Shown: positions 35,100 to 45,372, counted from the first letter of the stretch. The stretch: DNA of 64,000 bases from a virus (IMGVR_UViG_3300027708_000072:628-64627), one strand, 5' to 3'. Notes: generated by a model not told the origin, from the sequence alone. Program-made: numbers and translations.

Positions 35100-35416
35100 C
35101 GAGTCCTGGGAACAACCTTCCCAAGGATGTGATTGATCATTGGCCCGAAATATTTTCTGAGATACAATTAAATGTATTGCCCATTAAATATCTCAATGCA
35201 GTAATGATTAATTTTAAGGATGGCAAGACCTGGGAAGTAAAAATATCTGCCGAAGCTCGTAAAGAGGGTTGGGTCGTCTTTGAAAAACAACTTAGTGAAT
35301 TGGTGAAAAATTATGAAGAGAACATTGAAAATGTTGATTTTAAATTAGATACAATACGAGTTAAAAAAGACATTGAAAAAGGCACACAACAATTTTTTAA
35401 AAAGAAGAAGTTATAA
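35096..35416 (+). CDS. Hypothetical protein
   Basis: GTGA coupling; 106 aa. Confidence 0.65.
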   Translation: MTSPGNNLPKDVIDHWPEIFSEIQLNVLPIKYLNAVMINFKDGKTWEVKISAEARKEGWVVFEKQLSELVKNYEENIENVDFKLDTIRVKKDIEKGTQQFFKKKKL

Positions 35417-35419
35417 TAC

Positions 35420-36088
35420 ATGAATGTTCGATTACTTAGTTACAGTCAACCCACAGAAGAATTTACAGGTATGGGCTTACAAGACGCACAGGAACTCATT
35501 GCGTATTGCGCCCGTGTCAGCAATCCCTCCAATCAGCTCAACACAGACACATCAGAAAAACTCATCAGATACTTGGTCAAGCACCAACACTGGAGCCCAC
35601 TCGAAATGGTCTCCGCCTGTATTGAAATTACCACAACCAGAGACATTGCCCGACAAATCCTTAGACACAGAAGTTTCAGTTTCCAAGAATTCAGTCAGCG
35701 ATATGCTGACCCTACTAAAGACCTGTCGTTTGTATGTAGAGAAGCACGGTTGCAAGATCCAAAGAACAGACAAAACAGTGTCGATGTCGATGATCAACTG
35801 TTACAAAATGAATGGTACAGAGCTCAACAGCGAGTCATCTATGCGGCTAAAAGAGAATACGAATGGGCTATCGCTAACGGCATAGCCAAAGAACAGGCTC
35901 GTGCTGTATTACCAGAAGGCCTTACAGAAAGTCGTTTATATATGAATGGTACACTACGTAGCTGGATTCACTTTATTGAATTGCGTAGTGCTAATGGCAC
36001 ACAGAAAGAGCACCAAGAAGTTGCCATTGCTTGCGCTAAAGTGATAGCTGAGATTTTTCCGCTAGCCACAGAACTTCTAGCCAAGTAA
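35420..36088 (+). CDS. thyX: Flavin-dependent thymidylate synthase
   Basis: CARVS, HWSPLE, RQILRHRSFSFQEFSQRY, KEQARAVLP. Confidence 0.95.
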   Translation: MNVRLLSYSQPTEEFTGMGLQDAQELIAYCARVSNPSNQLNTDTSEKLIRYLVKHQHWSPLEMVSACIEITTTRDIARQILRHRSFSFQEFSQRYADPTKDLSFVCREARLQDPKNRQNSVDVDDQLLQNEWYRAQQRVIYAAKREYEWAIANGIAKEQARAVLPEGLTESRLYMNGTLRSWIHFIELRSANGTQKEHQEVAIACAKVIAEIFPLATELLAK

Positions 36089-36737
36089 AGTCATTTATCT
36101 TAGATAATGCCTCCTTGTTGGAGGCATTTTTTTGGCCGTAAGCTCTACCGGCGAGTGCGCCCAAATGGGCATAAAACCCATAAGGCACGGCATCGTTAAG
36201 CACACACCACGTATCTAGTCGTTGCTGTGTTTCACTATCATTCTGACGTTCAATACTGCTACTGGCCAGTTTGGCACATTCTCTAAAGGCACTGCGCCAT
36301 GTGCTGAACGGATCCGTGTTAAATGCTGTAATATTGGCTATTTCTGGCATGGGCTTAAACAATATACTAATACTAGTTGTCATATCTATACGACTAGTAT
36401 CCATATTCATTGTTAGTTTTCGTGGCAACAATTTAACTCCGCCGTTGCCGTATACCAGTCCGTTAACTGGGTTTTGACTGCGCCAAACGTGTACATAATC
36501 CAATTCATTATTGGGTACTTGATAGTCAAAATTAAAGGTATCTAGCACTTGTGCGTCTCCGTCCACTACCCAAAACATTTTAGTCATAGCCTTTTTTGCG
36601 GCCGCAATATGTGCGTTATGTATGCCGCTAACACCGATTATTCTCTTCAAAATAGGTGACGAAAACCTAGATGACAGTCTAGCGTAGTTTTCTTCTGCAT
36701 TAAGCTCGTTATAGCTGATAAACACAATATCGTACAT
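36036..36737 (-). CDS. GT-A-like glycosyltransferase
   Basis: FISYNE, AHIAAA, WVVDGD (DxD), NPVNGLVYGNGGVK, WRSAFRECAKL. Confidence 0.7.
   Translation of the reverse strand: MYDIVFISYNELNAEENYARLSSRFSSPILKRIIGVSGIHNAHIAAAKKAMTKMFWVVDGDAQVLDTFNFDYQVPNNELDYVHVWRSQNPVNGLVYGNGGVKLLPRKLTMNMDTSRIDMTTSISILFKPMPEIANITAFNTDPFSTWRSAFRECAKLASSSIERQNDSETQQRLDTWCVLNDAVPYGFYAHLGALAGRAYGQKNASNKEALSKINDFTWLEVLWLAEKSQLSL
36106..36133 (+). terminator. Rho-independent terminator ending the + strand block
   Basis: AATGCCTCC-ttgtt-GGAGGCATT followed by a T run, just after the thyX stop. Confidence 0.75.
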
Positions 36738-37630
36738 TATTGACGGTTCTTTATGATTCTAGGAGTATTCACATATACACGTTTGAAAAATTCACTGGCA
36801 GTAGCATCCATACTGCCCACTTCCAGTTTACATTCATGTTTAAGTGTTTCGCCTAACCCCATTATTTCGTAGGGCAACATTTTGTCTGTTATTTGGCTAT
36901 ATTTGTTTTGCCATTCATTTGTAAGCCAATCAAAATCACGAACATTGGCATAATCCCAATCTGTGCAATTAGTTAGGTATGCACCTTCTCTTGCGCCGTA
37001 TATACTCCATGCACCATTTTTTACGTCTTCGCCAATGTTACACCAAATCAACAAACGTTGATAATTTTGCCACCATATACCACGTAAATCTTTTACTTTT
37101 GCACCTTGGTCTAAACTCATCTTTACACCTTCGCGAAAGCCTGCCCGCCATGCCTGGAAGGGACTTGCATTGGTAAAACTTTCACTGTAGTTTTCATTGA
37201 ATTGATAATACTTGTCATCAAAACAAAACTCAACTAGACCCTTGACATCTTCTGGATCTGAATTTTCATGAGTGCGCATGTTGTTGACAAACTTGCGGGT
37301 CCACATTTTTAATCCGCCGTTGCCATACTCTAATCCATTAACGTGAATCTTCCCGCACCAACTGAACACATGATCTGGTGTTAACCCTAGTGCATCGATA
37401 TCTATCTCAACTTCGAGAAATTTTGGATCCACAATATTATCAGCATCTACCGTTATAAAGTATTCTGTTTCGCTCAACTTAGCACATGCTTTGTGTGCGG
37501 CATCACTGCCCTTAACTCCGTGTACACGTTTAGCCCATGGTGCTTTTGTTAGCAAATCAGCATAATTCTTTTCAGCATTAGGTTCATCATAGCTGAGAAA
37601 TATAATGTCTTGATCTATTATTTTAATCAT
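36737..37630 (-). CDS. GT-A-like glycosyltransferase (paralog of 36036..36737)
   Basis: FLSYDEPNA, AHKACA, TVDADN, VNGLEYGNGGLK, WRAGFREGVKM. Confidence 0.7.
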   Translation of the reverse strand: MIKIIDQDIIFLSYDEPNAEKNYADLLTKAPWAKRVHGVKGSDAAHKACAKLSETEYFITVDADNIVDPKFLEVEIDIDALGLTPDHVFSWCGKIHVNGLEYGNGGLKMWTRKFVNNMRTHENSDPEDVKGLVEFCFDDKYYQFNENYSESFTNASPFQAWRAGFREGVKMSLDQGAKVKDLRGIWWQNYQRLLIWCNIGEDVKNGAWSIYGAREGAYLTNCTDWDYANVRDFDWLTNEWQNKYSQITDKMLPYEIMGLGETLKHECKLEVGSMDATASEFFKRVYVNTPRIIKNRQ

Positions 37631-38228
37631 AGTTAATTCTCATTCCGTAAGTTTCAAAAAACGGCAATGTAAACATCGATATGTTTTCAATATCTTTTTC
37701 TTTTTCTGTTAAAAAAGGAAGTATTACAAAGCCATTTCCAATTAAATTTCTTAACTGTATTTCTATTTGTCTAATTAAAAAATTGATATTATTTTCAGTA
37801 GTAATATAAAAATGCAAACGAGCATTTAAACTCTTTGCTCTTGGATGTTGTAGAAAATTTTCATTTATTATAAATTTCCAACCATTAATTGACCATTCTA
37901 CTGTAAGTATATTTTCTTTATCACTTAGTCTTATAGTTTCAACAATGTTACTTTTAAAAATCAAATCTCCTTGATTTTTGTTTACAAATTTTACAGAACC
38001 GTCCTTATCAAAGGCCACTTTGTAATTAATAAAATTTTCAGTATTGTTAAAAAAACGTTCAATTTCTTCAAATTCAACTTGAATAAAATTCTCGTAAGGC
38101 ATTGTTTCGTTTGATAACGAAATAATATTTCCAGTATCCTTTTCAAAATAGACATAGTATTCAAACACATATTTGGTGTTTAAAATTTCTTCTATTTGTT
38201 CAGGAGTTAAAAATTCTTCTTCATCCAT
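37623..38228 (-). CDS. Hypothetical protein in the glycosyltransferase cluster
   Basis: 201 aa, overlapping neighbours. Confidence 0.7.
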   Translation of the reverse strand: MDEEEFLTPEQIEEILNTKYVFEYYVYFEKDTGNIISLSNETMPYENFIQVEFEEIERFFNNTENFINYKVAFDKDGSVKFVNKNQGDLIFKSNIVETIRLSDKENILTVEWSINGWKFIINENFLQHPRAKSLNARLHFYITTENNINFLIRQIEIQLRNLIGNGFVILPFLTEKEKDIENISMFTLPFFETYGMRINYD

Positions 38229-39057
38229 TTGCTAGTCTTTTTAATTTTTGAATAATATCTAAATCAATAAAATCCTTTTCTACGTAGTGAAATAAATAAT
38301 GTTGACGTATATTACCAACAGTCAATTCTCCGTCTTTAGTAAAGGAATAGGGTATTGTTTGTCTCCAATTTGCAGGAGCAGGATGCCAGCCTTGTACTCC
38401 GGCTTTCATGTGTACAAATTGTAAAGGACTACATACATCTGCTGAGCTATTATAACCACATAGCTCTAGTGCAATAGCGGCCGCTAGGTCCACACTGAGC
38501 CAATTTTGATAATATTCCGAGGCTAGTTTTCCATAACACCATGCCCAATTATTTACAACAAATTCTAGTGTTTTATAAAAATATTCTGCACGTTCTGATT
38601 TCTTAAAATAGTGTAATGCAAAATACGGACTAGGCAAATCATTAGCAATAAACGTTTTACGGTAAATGCTATTGTTAATAACATCACCCTTATAATCTCG
38701 TGCTGTTGTACAAAACAATAAATCATGATCCTGACAATACCACCACCAATCATTTATATCTTGCAGAAATAACATGTCAGTATCTAGTACAATTGTTTCG
38801 TCATAAGGTGTTACGTGGTATATTTTCCAGCGATGTTCGGCCACATATCGTGTTGGTATAGTATCAGTAATCCAAGGAATTGGAATTATTTGATCAAATA
38901 CTTCTTGATATTCTTCTGGAATATTGTCGTTGGTAATGATACTGATTGCTGTTTCTGATTGAGTAGCATGAATACTTAATGCAAGTGCATAGGCTTGATG
39001 GATATAATCTATATCATTGGTATTTTGTGCTAATACTATAAATCCTTTAGACACCAT
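38221..39057 (-). CDS. GT8-like glycosyltransferase
   Basis: AYALALSI, FDQII, TPYDETIVLDTDML (DxD), FVHMK, HY; GGAGG RBS before ATG 39057. Confidence 0.7.
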   Translation of the reverse strand: MVSKGFIVLAQNTNDIDYIHQAYALALSIHATQSETAISIITNDNIPEEYQEVFDQIIPIPWITDTIPTRYVAEHRWKIYHVTPYDETIVLDTDMLFLQDINDWWWYCQDHDLLFCTTARDYKGDVINNSIYRKTFIANDLPSPYFALHYFKKSERAEYFYKTLEFVVNNWAWCYGKLASEYYQNWLSVDLAAAIALELCGYNSSADVCSPLQFVHMKAGVQGWHPAPANWRQTIPYSFTKDGELTVGNIRQHYLFHYVEKDFIDLDIIQKLKRLANG

Positions 39058-39895
39058 AACCTCCGTCAATAAACCTACTTAGACTTTGTTTATTCATCAC
39101 ATGTACATCTGTACTATTAGTACTAACTAAAGTATACTCTCCGGGATAATGTGCTTTTTCAACTAAGAATTGTATTTTATCTTCTTTCATTTTTACTAAA
39201 ATATCTCGATCTAGTACATAAGTCATTAAACCTGGCAATTCTTGTGCAAAATCTCCTTCGGTCATTCCGTTCATTATATGTATGGCAATGCTAAAAGCAA
39301 AATCATTACGAAAAGTTGGGCTATCAATTTTGTAGATAATTCTAAAAAATTCCCAGTTAAGTTTTATATATTCAATTAAATCAAACAAACTGCGTGTGCT
39401 AGCTGTTTTTTCAAAGATAAAAACAGTACCCCAATAAAACGGAACACTATATTGATTAATTCTATCAAACGGGCTAGTATCGCGCCAGCCTGCTAAATCA
39501 AAACTTTTACGAAATATCTGAAAACTATATGTGTTGTTTAGGGCTTTAATAAGAGTGGTACTATTAATAATATAATCGCTATCGATGACCAATGTTCTAC
39601 TGTACGGAGTGATATCATACGCTTGATTACGAGTTAAGTTTTTCCACTCGGCTGTTTGATATGCTAAAGTTCCGTCGTAGAATTTTTTCTGTTGTGTGGT
39701 ATTGCCAACTATTGGAATTATCTTATCAAATACTTCAGTGTGTTCAGGATAAAACTCAAGCCATGCCTGACTGTCAGTGGCAAGACTTACTGGTATTCCT
39801 AGATGTTTTTTTATTTGTTTAGCTGAAAACAAGGCTAGTTTTACATAATCTATGCCAATAGTATTTTGTGCAAAAATTAATGCGCCTGTTGTCAT
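39047..39895 (-). CDS. GT8-like glycosyltransferase (paralog)
   Basis: DYVKLA, FDKII, TPYSRTLVIDSDY, FRNDFAFSIA, HVMNK. Confidence 0.7.
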   Translation of the reverse strand: MTTGALIFAQNTIGIDYVKLALFSAKQIKKHLGIPVSLATDSQAWLEFYPEHTEVFDKIIPIVGNTTQQKKFYDGTLAYQTAEWKNLTRNQAYDITPYSRTLVIDSDYIINSTTLIKALNNTYSFQIFRKSFDLAGWRDTSPFDRINQYSVPFYWGTVFIFEKTASTRSLFDLIEYIKLNWEFFRIIYKIDSPTFRNDFAFSIAIHIMNGMTEGDFAQELPGLMTYVLDRDILVKMKEDKIQFLVEKAHYPGEYTLVSTNSTDVHVMNKQSLSRFIDGGYGV

Positions 39896-40242
39896 AGTTC
39901 AACTAGGTCTTTGACATTGCGCTTTTTCTTAATTTCTGCAAATTTTGTTTGATATTCGTTAACTGCTTCAAAATATACAGAAATTAAATTATCAAGAAAA
40001 TCCTGTACATCTTTAATAATTACAGGTTGATTATTGGCGTCTACAAAAGCAATATCTTCCGTATGTCCTAAATCGATTAGATTTTTTGCAAAATTGATTA
40101 GATTATAATCAACACGAAACGTTGCGCCGTTGATATAATACACTAATTTTTGATTGTATTCTTCAAGAATAACTCGTCTTTGATTTGATAGAGTTGCCAT
40201 ATAATTAGCAACTTCAAATGCTTTTTCAATTCTTTCGTCCAT
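39892..40242 (-). CDS. Hypothetical protein (possible tail-fibre chaperone)
   Basis: GAGGT RBS before ATG 40242; 116 aa; follows the fibre gene. Confidence 0.6.
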   Translation of the reverse strand: MDERIEKAFEVANYMATLSNQRRVILEEYNQKLVYYINGATFRVDYNLINFAKNLIDLGHTEDIAFVDANNQPVIIKDVQDFLDNLISVYFEAVNEYQTKFAEIKKKRNVKDLVEL

Positions 40243-40263
40243 GATAACCTCAGCTGAGTGTTT

Positions 40264-40292
40264 ATAATACACTCTATTAGTTATCTTGTCAA
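40264..40292 (-). promoter_or_regulatory. Sigma70-type promoter TTGACA-N17-TATTAT for the glycosyltransferase cluster
   Basis: Reverse-strand consensus -35 at 40292-40287 and -10 at 40269-40264. Confidence 0.65.
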
Positions 40293-40308
40293 GAATCTTT
40301 GAATTATT

Positions 40309-42456
40309 TTATTTGTTAATAGAAGTACCCGAGACACTGGTTCCAGGCCAAAATATATGGACAAAACCCTGGGCGCCATTACCACCGTATTTTATACTAA
40401 ACGTTGCTAGAGTTTTCGGTGCAGGGCCTGGGGCACCTGGTGATTCACCTGCGTAATTGGCAGGATAGGCTACACCACCACCGCCACCGCCACCGCCATA
40501 GCCGGTTGCGGTAAAACCATCATTACTTTGTGGGCCGCCTGCGGCACCACCGTAGACTCCTAGTCCAGCATAGTTTCCGCCGCCTCCGCCACCGCCACAT
40601 ATATATTGGGTAGTAGTACCATAGTAAGTAAACGCTATTCCGGGGCCGCCTTGACCGCCTTGATATTGTTGCGGAGCGGCTTGGCCATCACCACCTGCGC
40701 CTGCGCCGCCGCCACCTGCAATATACATAATATCAACAGCTGAACTACCAGCACCGGCGCCGCCGGCTTGGCCAGCTTGGCCAGAGGTTCCGCCATAACC
40801 ACCTACGTTTGTTCCCTTATGTCCAGTCGATGATCCGGTAGATCCAGGACTTCCGCCTGCCGCAGTAATACCAGCAAAACTACTACTTGCGCCAGTTTGA
40901 GTACGCTGAGCGCCGCCGCCGACACTCCATGCATAGTACGAGCCCGGAACTACTGTGGCTGTGATTATCCTAAATTGCCCACCACCACCACCACCACCTG
41001 CAAAATCGCCTCCGCCTCCACCTCCGCCTATAAGTGCCACTGCAACACTTCTAACACCGGTAGGAGCTAGCCAATTGTTAGTAGTAACTGTTGTATATAG
41101 TTGGTTACCAATTGGAGTAGTCGATGTATCATTAATATAGATAGTAGTGGCGGCTAGTCCGTTAGTAAGTACAACATTAAAACTTGTCAATCCATCTGTC
41201 CAATAGTTGTTAGCTATGGTAAAACTAATTTGAGCTATATTATTATTGACTGTAAAATAACTGCTTGTCGATCCTGCACTAAATCTTGATGTAGCCGATC
41301 CTCCTGTTGGAGTATAAGTGATCGATCCAGTGCATGAATACGTTACGAATGTACCATTAGCAACGTTCCGGGTTTGTAGTGTAACAACTACACTGTCACC
41401 TTCATTTACTGCATAATTACTTGCACTTAAACCGTATACTGCTCCGGCACCGCCTGTAAAATCTCCAGTTAAAGACAATGTAGGACTTGCTATACTAACA
41501 TAACTTCCGCTAGCGCGGTATACTACTATACTTTGTGTTATAATTCCGTCAATATATTCATCACCTACTCCGCCTGGAGTATATGGGCCGCCTTGTATAG
41601 TTTGGGTTTCTTGGCCTGAAGCTAAATTTCCACTGCCAGCTATATAACTACTACCGCCACCTGTACTACTATCATTATATTGTATTGCAAAAACTAAAGT
41701 TCCACTGCTGACAGTTGCATAAATTAAAAATTGATTAGTACTATAATTGCCGGCTGGAGCATTTTTAGAAAAAACTAATTGATAAGAATTAGTTAATGCA
41801 AAAAATCCGGTGGCAGTTGTTGTACCTGTACTACCTTGATCCAATGTTGTACCGTCTCGGCCAAAAGTAATAGTACCCATTTGAGTAAACATAGTAGTCC
41901 ATGTATTATCTTTCACTGTACTAAAACTATTGAAAGTTCCTGTCATTCTTACACTAAATTTAACAACTCCACCAGCATTAAAAAATGCTCGCATAGTAGC
42001 ATTGTCGCCAAAATTCATAGTAATGGTACTTTGTAAATTTCCATTCCAATCATCTATTCGTTGTGCAGTGAATTCCGGCTCAATAGTAAATTGCCCGGTG
42101 CCTACTGTATCTCTATAAGTGTCGATCAGTGTAGCATAATCAAAATACTGCTGACGTACTGCTTCTGTAATTAAATCTGCACTAGTTGGAAGTGTAAGAT
42201 TATTTGATTCTGAGGCTGAACCAGATTGGTGTCCACGGGCTCTGATCATATCTGAGCGTAAATTTGTCCAATGGCTTAATGTAACTTTATTTCCTACAGA
42301 TACCTGACTACTATTGACCAACTGATTATATCCGTATCGAGGCGTAGCATCAGTAGGAGGCCCTAAGACTTTTGATAATTTAGCTTGTATAGTATTGTAA
42401 TCTCCAACAGTATTTGCAGATATTACATTACCAAGTCCTGGTCCTAATGTTGCCAC
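40309..42456 (-). CDS. Tail fibre-like structural protein with C-terminal glycine-rich domain
   Basis: N-terminal domain paralogous to 42514..43890; GGGGGGG/GAGG repeats; GxVxI C-terminal motif. Confidence 0.75.
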   Translation of the reverse strand: MATLGPGLGNVISANTVGDYNTIQAKLSKVLGPPTDATPRYGYNQLVNSSQVSVGNKVTLSHWTNLRSDMIRARGHQSGSASESNNLTLPTSADLITEAVRQQYFDYATLIDTYRDTVGTGQFTIEPEFTAQRIDDWNGNLQSTITMNFGDNATMRAFFNAGGVVKFSVRMTGTFNSFSTVKDNTWTTMFTQMGTITFGRDGTTLDQGSTGTTTATGFFALTNSYQLVFSKNAPAGNYSTNQFLIYATVSSGTLVFAIQYNDSSTGGGSSYIAGSGNLASGQETQTIQGGPYTPGGVGDEYIDGIITQSIVVYRASGSYVSIASPTLSLTGDFTGGAGAVYGLSASNYAVNEGDSVVVTLQTRNVANGTFVTYSCTGSITYTPTGGSATSRFSAGSTSSYFTVNNNIAQISFTIANNYWTDGLTSFNVVLTNGLAATTIYINDTSTTPIGNQLYTTVTTNNWLAPTGVRSVAVALIGGGGGGGDFAGGGGGGGQFRIITATVVPGSYYAWSVGGGAQRTQTGASSSFAGITAAGGSPGSTGSSTGHKGTNVGGYGGTSGQAGQAGGAGAGSSAVDIMYIAGGGGAGAGGDGQAAPQQYQGGQGGPGIAFTYYGTTTQYICGGGGGGGNYAGLGVYGGAAGGPQSNDGFTATGYGGGGGGGGVAYPANYAGESPGAPGPAPKTLATFSIKYGGNGAQGFVHIFWPGTSVSGTSINK

Positions 42457-42513
42457 TTAAATTCCTTTCTTTATGTTATATAATTATCACTTATAACGCA
42501 GTGACAAAATTAA

Positions 42514-43890
42514 TTATGCAATTGGCGTTAGATTAACAGGAGGAGTAACTACAGTTACGTTTGATCCACTAGCTCTAGTTGCTGTAAAATTAACTGTTAA
42601 AATACCGTCAACGTTTTCATCAATACCCCAAGGAGGTGTTGCGGTTGCGTCATCTTGAAATCTAATAGTAATTGTTAGTATTGTTCCTGTAGCGTCAATT
42701 CTTGCATAAAGATTCATAACGTTGTTAGCGTATGATCCACTAGGAGCTTGTTTAGTAAAAATCAATCGATCTGCTGTGTTCAACCCATAGTATCCAATTG
42801 GATAATGAGTGCTAGGTGTTGTACTGTAATCTGTGGGTGTTTGAATACAATCGTTAGCTCTAAAACAAATAGTGCCAACTTGGCTAAACATTGTTTGCCA
42901 TGTTTGATCTTTTAAAACTGAAGCTGAGCCAAACGATCCTGTTAATGTTGGTGAAATTTCAAATTGACTACCGCTGTTAAAAAATGCGCGGGCAGAATCT
43001 CTAGTAGGAAACGTACAAGTGGCGATTGTTTGAATATTACCATTCCATGCTTGTGTTCTTACTACATTTGTTATGGCTTCATTAGGACTTAATTGATTAG
43101 CCGCAACTGTTTTAACTCCAGACACTAATGATAGTGTAAATGTTTGTCCAGATACCGAGCTAGTAGCAGTTTTACTTAGGGTAAGAGAAGTTCCAGGAAG
43201 TACAGCGGTAACTGTTGTATTAGATTGCATTCCAGGACCGTTAACTACCGCTCCTAACATAATAATAGCCGCATTAGCACTGCTCATGGTGACACTTGCA
43301 TTGGTAGTGCCAGTTATTGTGACCGTTTGATTGTGCGCTGTTGCATATACGTTTTGAGCATAACTTAAATATTGTGCTCTCACTGCTTCTGTCAGTATAC
43401 TACTGATTTTGACAGGTTTGAGATTGCTGTAAGATCCTGGATCATTGTTATAGCTCAATGTGATTGTACTGGTACTGCTGGCAGTTGCATTGTAAACGCC
43501 GTTATAATTTGTATTGGTACATCCTGCAATTTTGTAAGGAGCGCCCACTGACGGTGCTACCGAGGCCGCTGTAAATCCAAACGTTACTAAATATGGCCCC
43601 GAACCTGTTTTACTGATAAAAGCATTAACATTTCTTGGGTCTAAATCGCCTGGTAAAATTAAAAGACTACCTTCACTTGCATTACCAGTTTGATGGGCTC
43701 CAGATTTTAACAAATCAGATCTTAATTTTACCCAATCTTGTAGTTTAAAGGGATCTCCTACTCTTACTTGAGTACTTGAAACTGCTTGACCGTATCCATA
43801 ATCACCTGAGCCAACACCCAATACTGATTGAGCCAACGCTTGAATAGTATTAAAGTCTGAAGCTAATATTTTTGTTCCTGAGCCTGGCAT
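42514..43890 (-). CDS. Virion structural (tail/baseplate) protein
   Basis: Thr/Ser-rich beta protein; DFNTIQ...YGYGQ...W-x2-LRSD and RAFFNSG motifs. Confidence 0.7.
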   Translation of the reverse strand: MPGSGTKILASDFNTIQALAQSVLGVGSGDYGYGQAVSSTQVRVGDPFKLQDWVKLRSDLLKSGAHQTGNASEGSLLILPGDLDPRNVNAFISKTGSGPYLVTFGFTAASVAPSVGAPYKIAGCTNTNYNGVYNATASSTSTITLSYNNDPGSYSNLKPVKISSILTEAVRAQYLSYAQNVYATAHNQTVTITGTTNASVTMSSANAAIIMLGAVVNGPGMQSNTTVTAVLPGTSLTLSKTATSSVSGQTFTLSLVSGVKTVAANQLSPNEAITNVVRTQAWNGNIQTIATCTFPTRDSARAFFNSGSQFEISPTLTGSFGSASVLKDQTWQTMFSQVGTICFRANDCIQTPTDYSTTPSTHYPIGYYGLNTADRLIFTKQAPSGSYANNVMNLYARIDATGTILTITIRFQDDATATPPWGIDENVDGILTVNFTATRASGSNVTVVTPPVNLTPIA

Positions 43891-43899
43891 TTTAATTCC

Positions 43900-45372
43900 T
43901 TATAGTACTAAAACTTCAATAGTTTTTTCGCCTGCTTCGTCGCTTGATTCTAAAGCAATTGCAAACACATCAGAGTTGGCACCATATGCGGCTTGAGCCG
44001 CGCCATTTGCTCCTGCAACTAAACGTTGGCCTTTCTTAATTTGGCCAAGGACTTTGCATGGTACACGGCCTTTTAATGCAACATAAGTACCGCCTTCTAA
44101 ACCACTATTCATCATATAAGCTGGATTTGCAGAAACAATACCAATTGCCCTGTCTCCGACTGTACAGGCAGTTACTTCTTTTTCGCCGCCAATTGATACT
44201 ACTGTTCCAACAAGATACTCTGCATCTGCTAGATATTTTTCTGCCAAGTCAGCGTAGTCTGCTGAACTAGCAATACCTTGGAATATGTTTGCATAAATGT
44301 CTGCATTTGCATCACGTACTGCCACTGTACTTGCGGCCGCACCGGTATTTCCTGAACGATATAAACCACTTACTGTTTCAAGCACTTGATTAGATTGACT
44401 AGAAATACCGTTAAATGTTCCGGCATAGATTGTATTGTAAATTTTAGTAGACGATCCAATATTTGAAACGTTAGTTTCGCCTGGAAGCAAATCTGTTCCA
44501 ACTAATGACAATGGATTCTTTGTAACTCCTGCTACTGTAGTTTGAAAAGTAATTGTATTGCTTAATACGTTTGCAATTACTGGAGTTGATCCAATAATAC
44601 TAACTACTAAATCTCTAGCATTACCAACAGTATAACCTGAATTACTAAAGTGAATTGGGTCTGCAAAACTTGTTGTACTTGCTCTTAGGTATTCGCTAGC
44701 CGCAAAACCGCCGAGTTTGTCTGCGTCACTTGCGGTTCCCCAAAAGCGTTGATCAGTAGTTGTAGTAGTGCCTAAATTTCCAGCGTTGGTACTGTTAACT
44801 AATGTAATGCCTTTACCAATTTTACTAAAACCATTTATAGCATTTAAACTGCTGTTTAAGGTAAATTGATCGGCGCTAATAATATACATCACCTGACCGT
44901 TCGTTACTGCTTGAATAACCGAGTGGTTGGCGCCAACATCATCGATAACACTAATACTTTGCATTTGTGTAGTACCTGCTCCGGCAACACTTTGTGGACC
45001 AACTAGTGTAAATGTTGTACCGTTCCAAACATAGATTTGTTTATTTGCAGTATCGTACCAAAATTCGCCCGGAGTTAATCCTACAGGAGCAGTTGCACTA
45101 GCTTCAGCACCACTGGCCAGTCGAAATTTGCTACCGTCGTAGAATTTTAATTTACTGTTTGCGCTATCAAACCAAATTTGGCCAGATAATGGGTTATTTG
45201 GGCTGGTAGCTCCGCTAAAATTTTCAAGCAAAAATACAAGATTTTCGTTTTGTACTTCGCCGTATCCAGCGTAATTTTTACCAATTAGTTTAACAGATAA
45301 TGTACTATCTATAGTTCCGTCGGCAACTACTGTAATCTGTGATCCGTTGTATCGATTAATGGTGTATGACAT
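43900..45372 (-). CDS. Baseplate/tail fibre protein with C-terminal ADLAE...GRVPCKV domain
   Basis: GKNYAGYG...ENLVFLLENF...GQIWFD N-terminal domain; C-terminal domain of the kind seen on fibre/peptidase-G2-like tails. Confidence 0.75.
   Translation of the reverse strand: MSYTINRYNGSQITVVADGTIDSTLSVKLIGKNYAGYGEVQNENLVFLLENFSGATSPNNPLSGQIWFDSANSKLKFYDGSKFRLASGAEASATAPVGLTPGEFWYDTANKQIYVWNGTTFTLVGPQSVAGAGTTQMQSISVIDDVGANHSVIQAVTNGQVMYIISADQFTLNSSLNAINGFSKIGKGITLVNSTNAGNLGTTTTTDQRFWGTASDADKLGGFAASEYLRASTTSFADPIHFSNSGYTVGNARDLVVSIIGSTPVIANVLSNTITFQTTVAGVTKNPLSLVGTDLLPGETNVSNIGSSTKIYNTIYAGTFNGISSQSNQVLETVSGLYRSGNTGAAASTVAVRDANADIYANIFQGIASSADYADLAEKYLADAEYLVGTVVSIGGEKEVTACTVGDRAIGIVSANPAYMMNSGLEGGTYVALKGRVPCKVLGQIKKGQRLVAGANGAAQAAYGANSDVFAIALESSDEAGEKTIEVLVL

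Noticed and set aside
465-36000. Numerous - strand ORFs opposite + strand genes (and + strand ORFs opposite genes after 36.1 kb)
   Set aside because: Antisense shadows of codon-biased genes with no RBS or motifs.
40370-41040. Locally GC-rich segment as a foreign insertion or DGR variable region
   Set aside because: Explained by glycine-rich coding; no template repeat or reverse transcriptase in the window.
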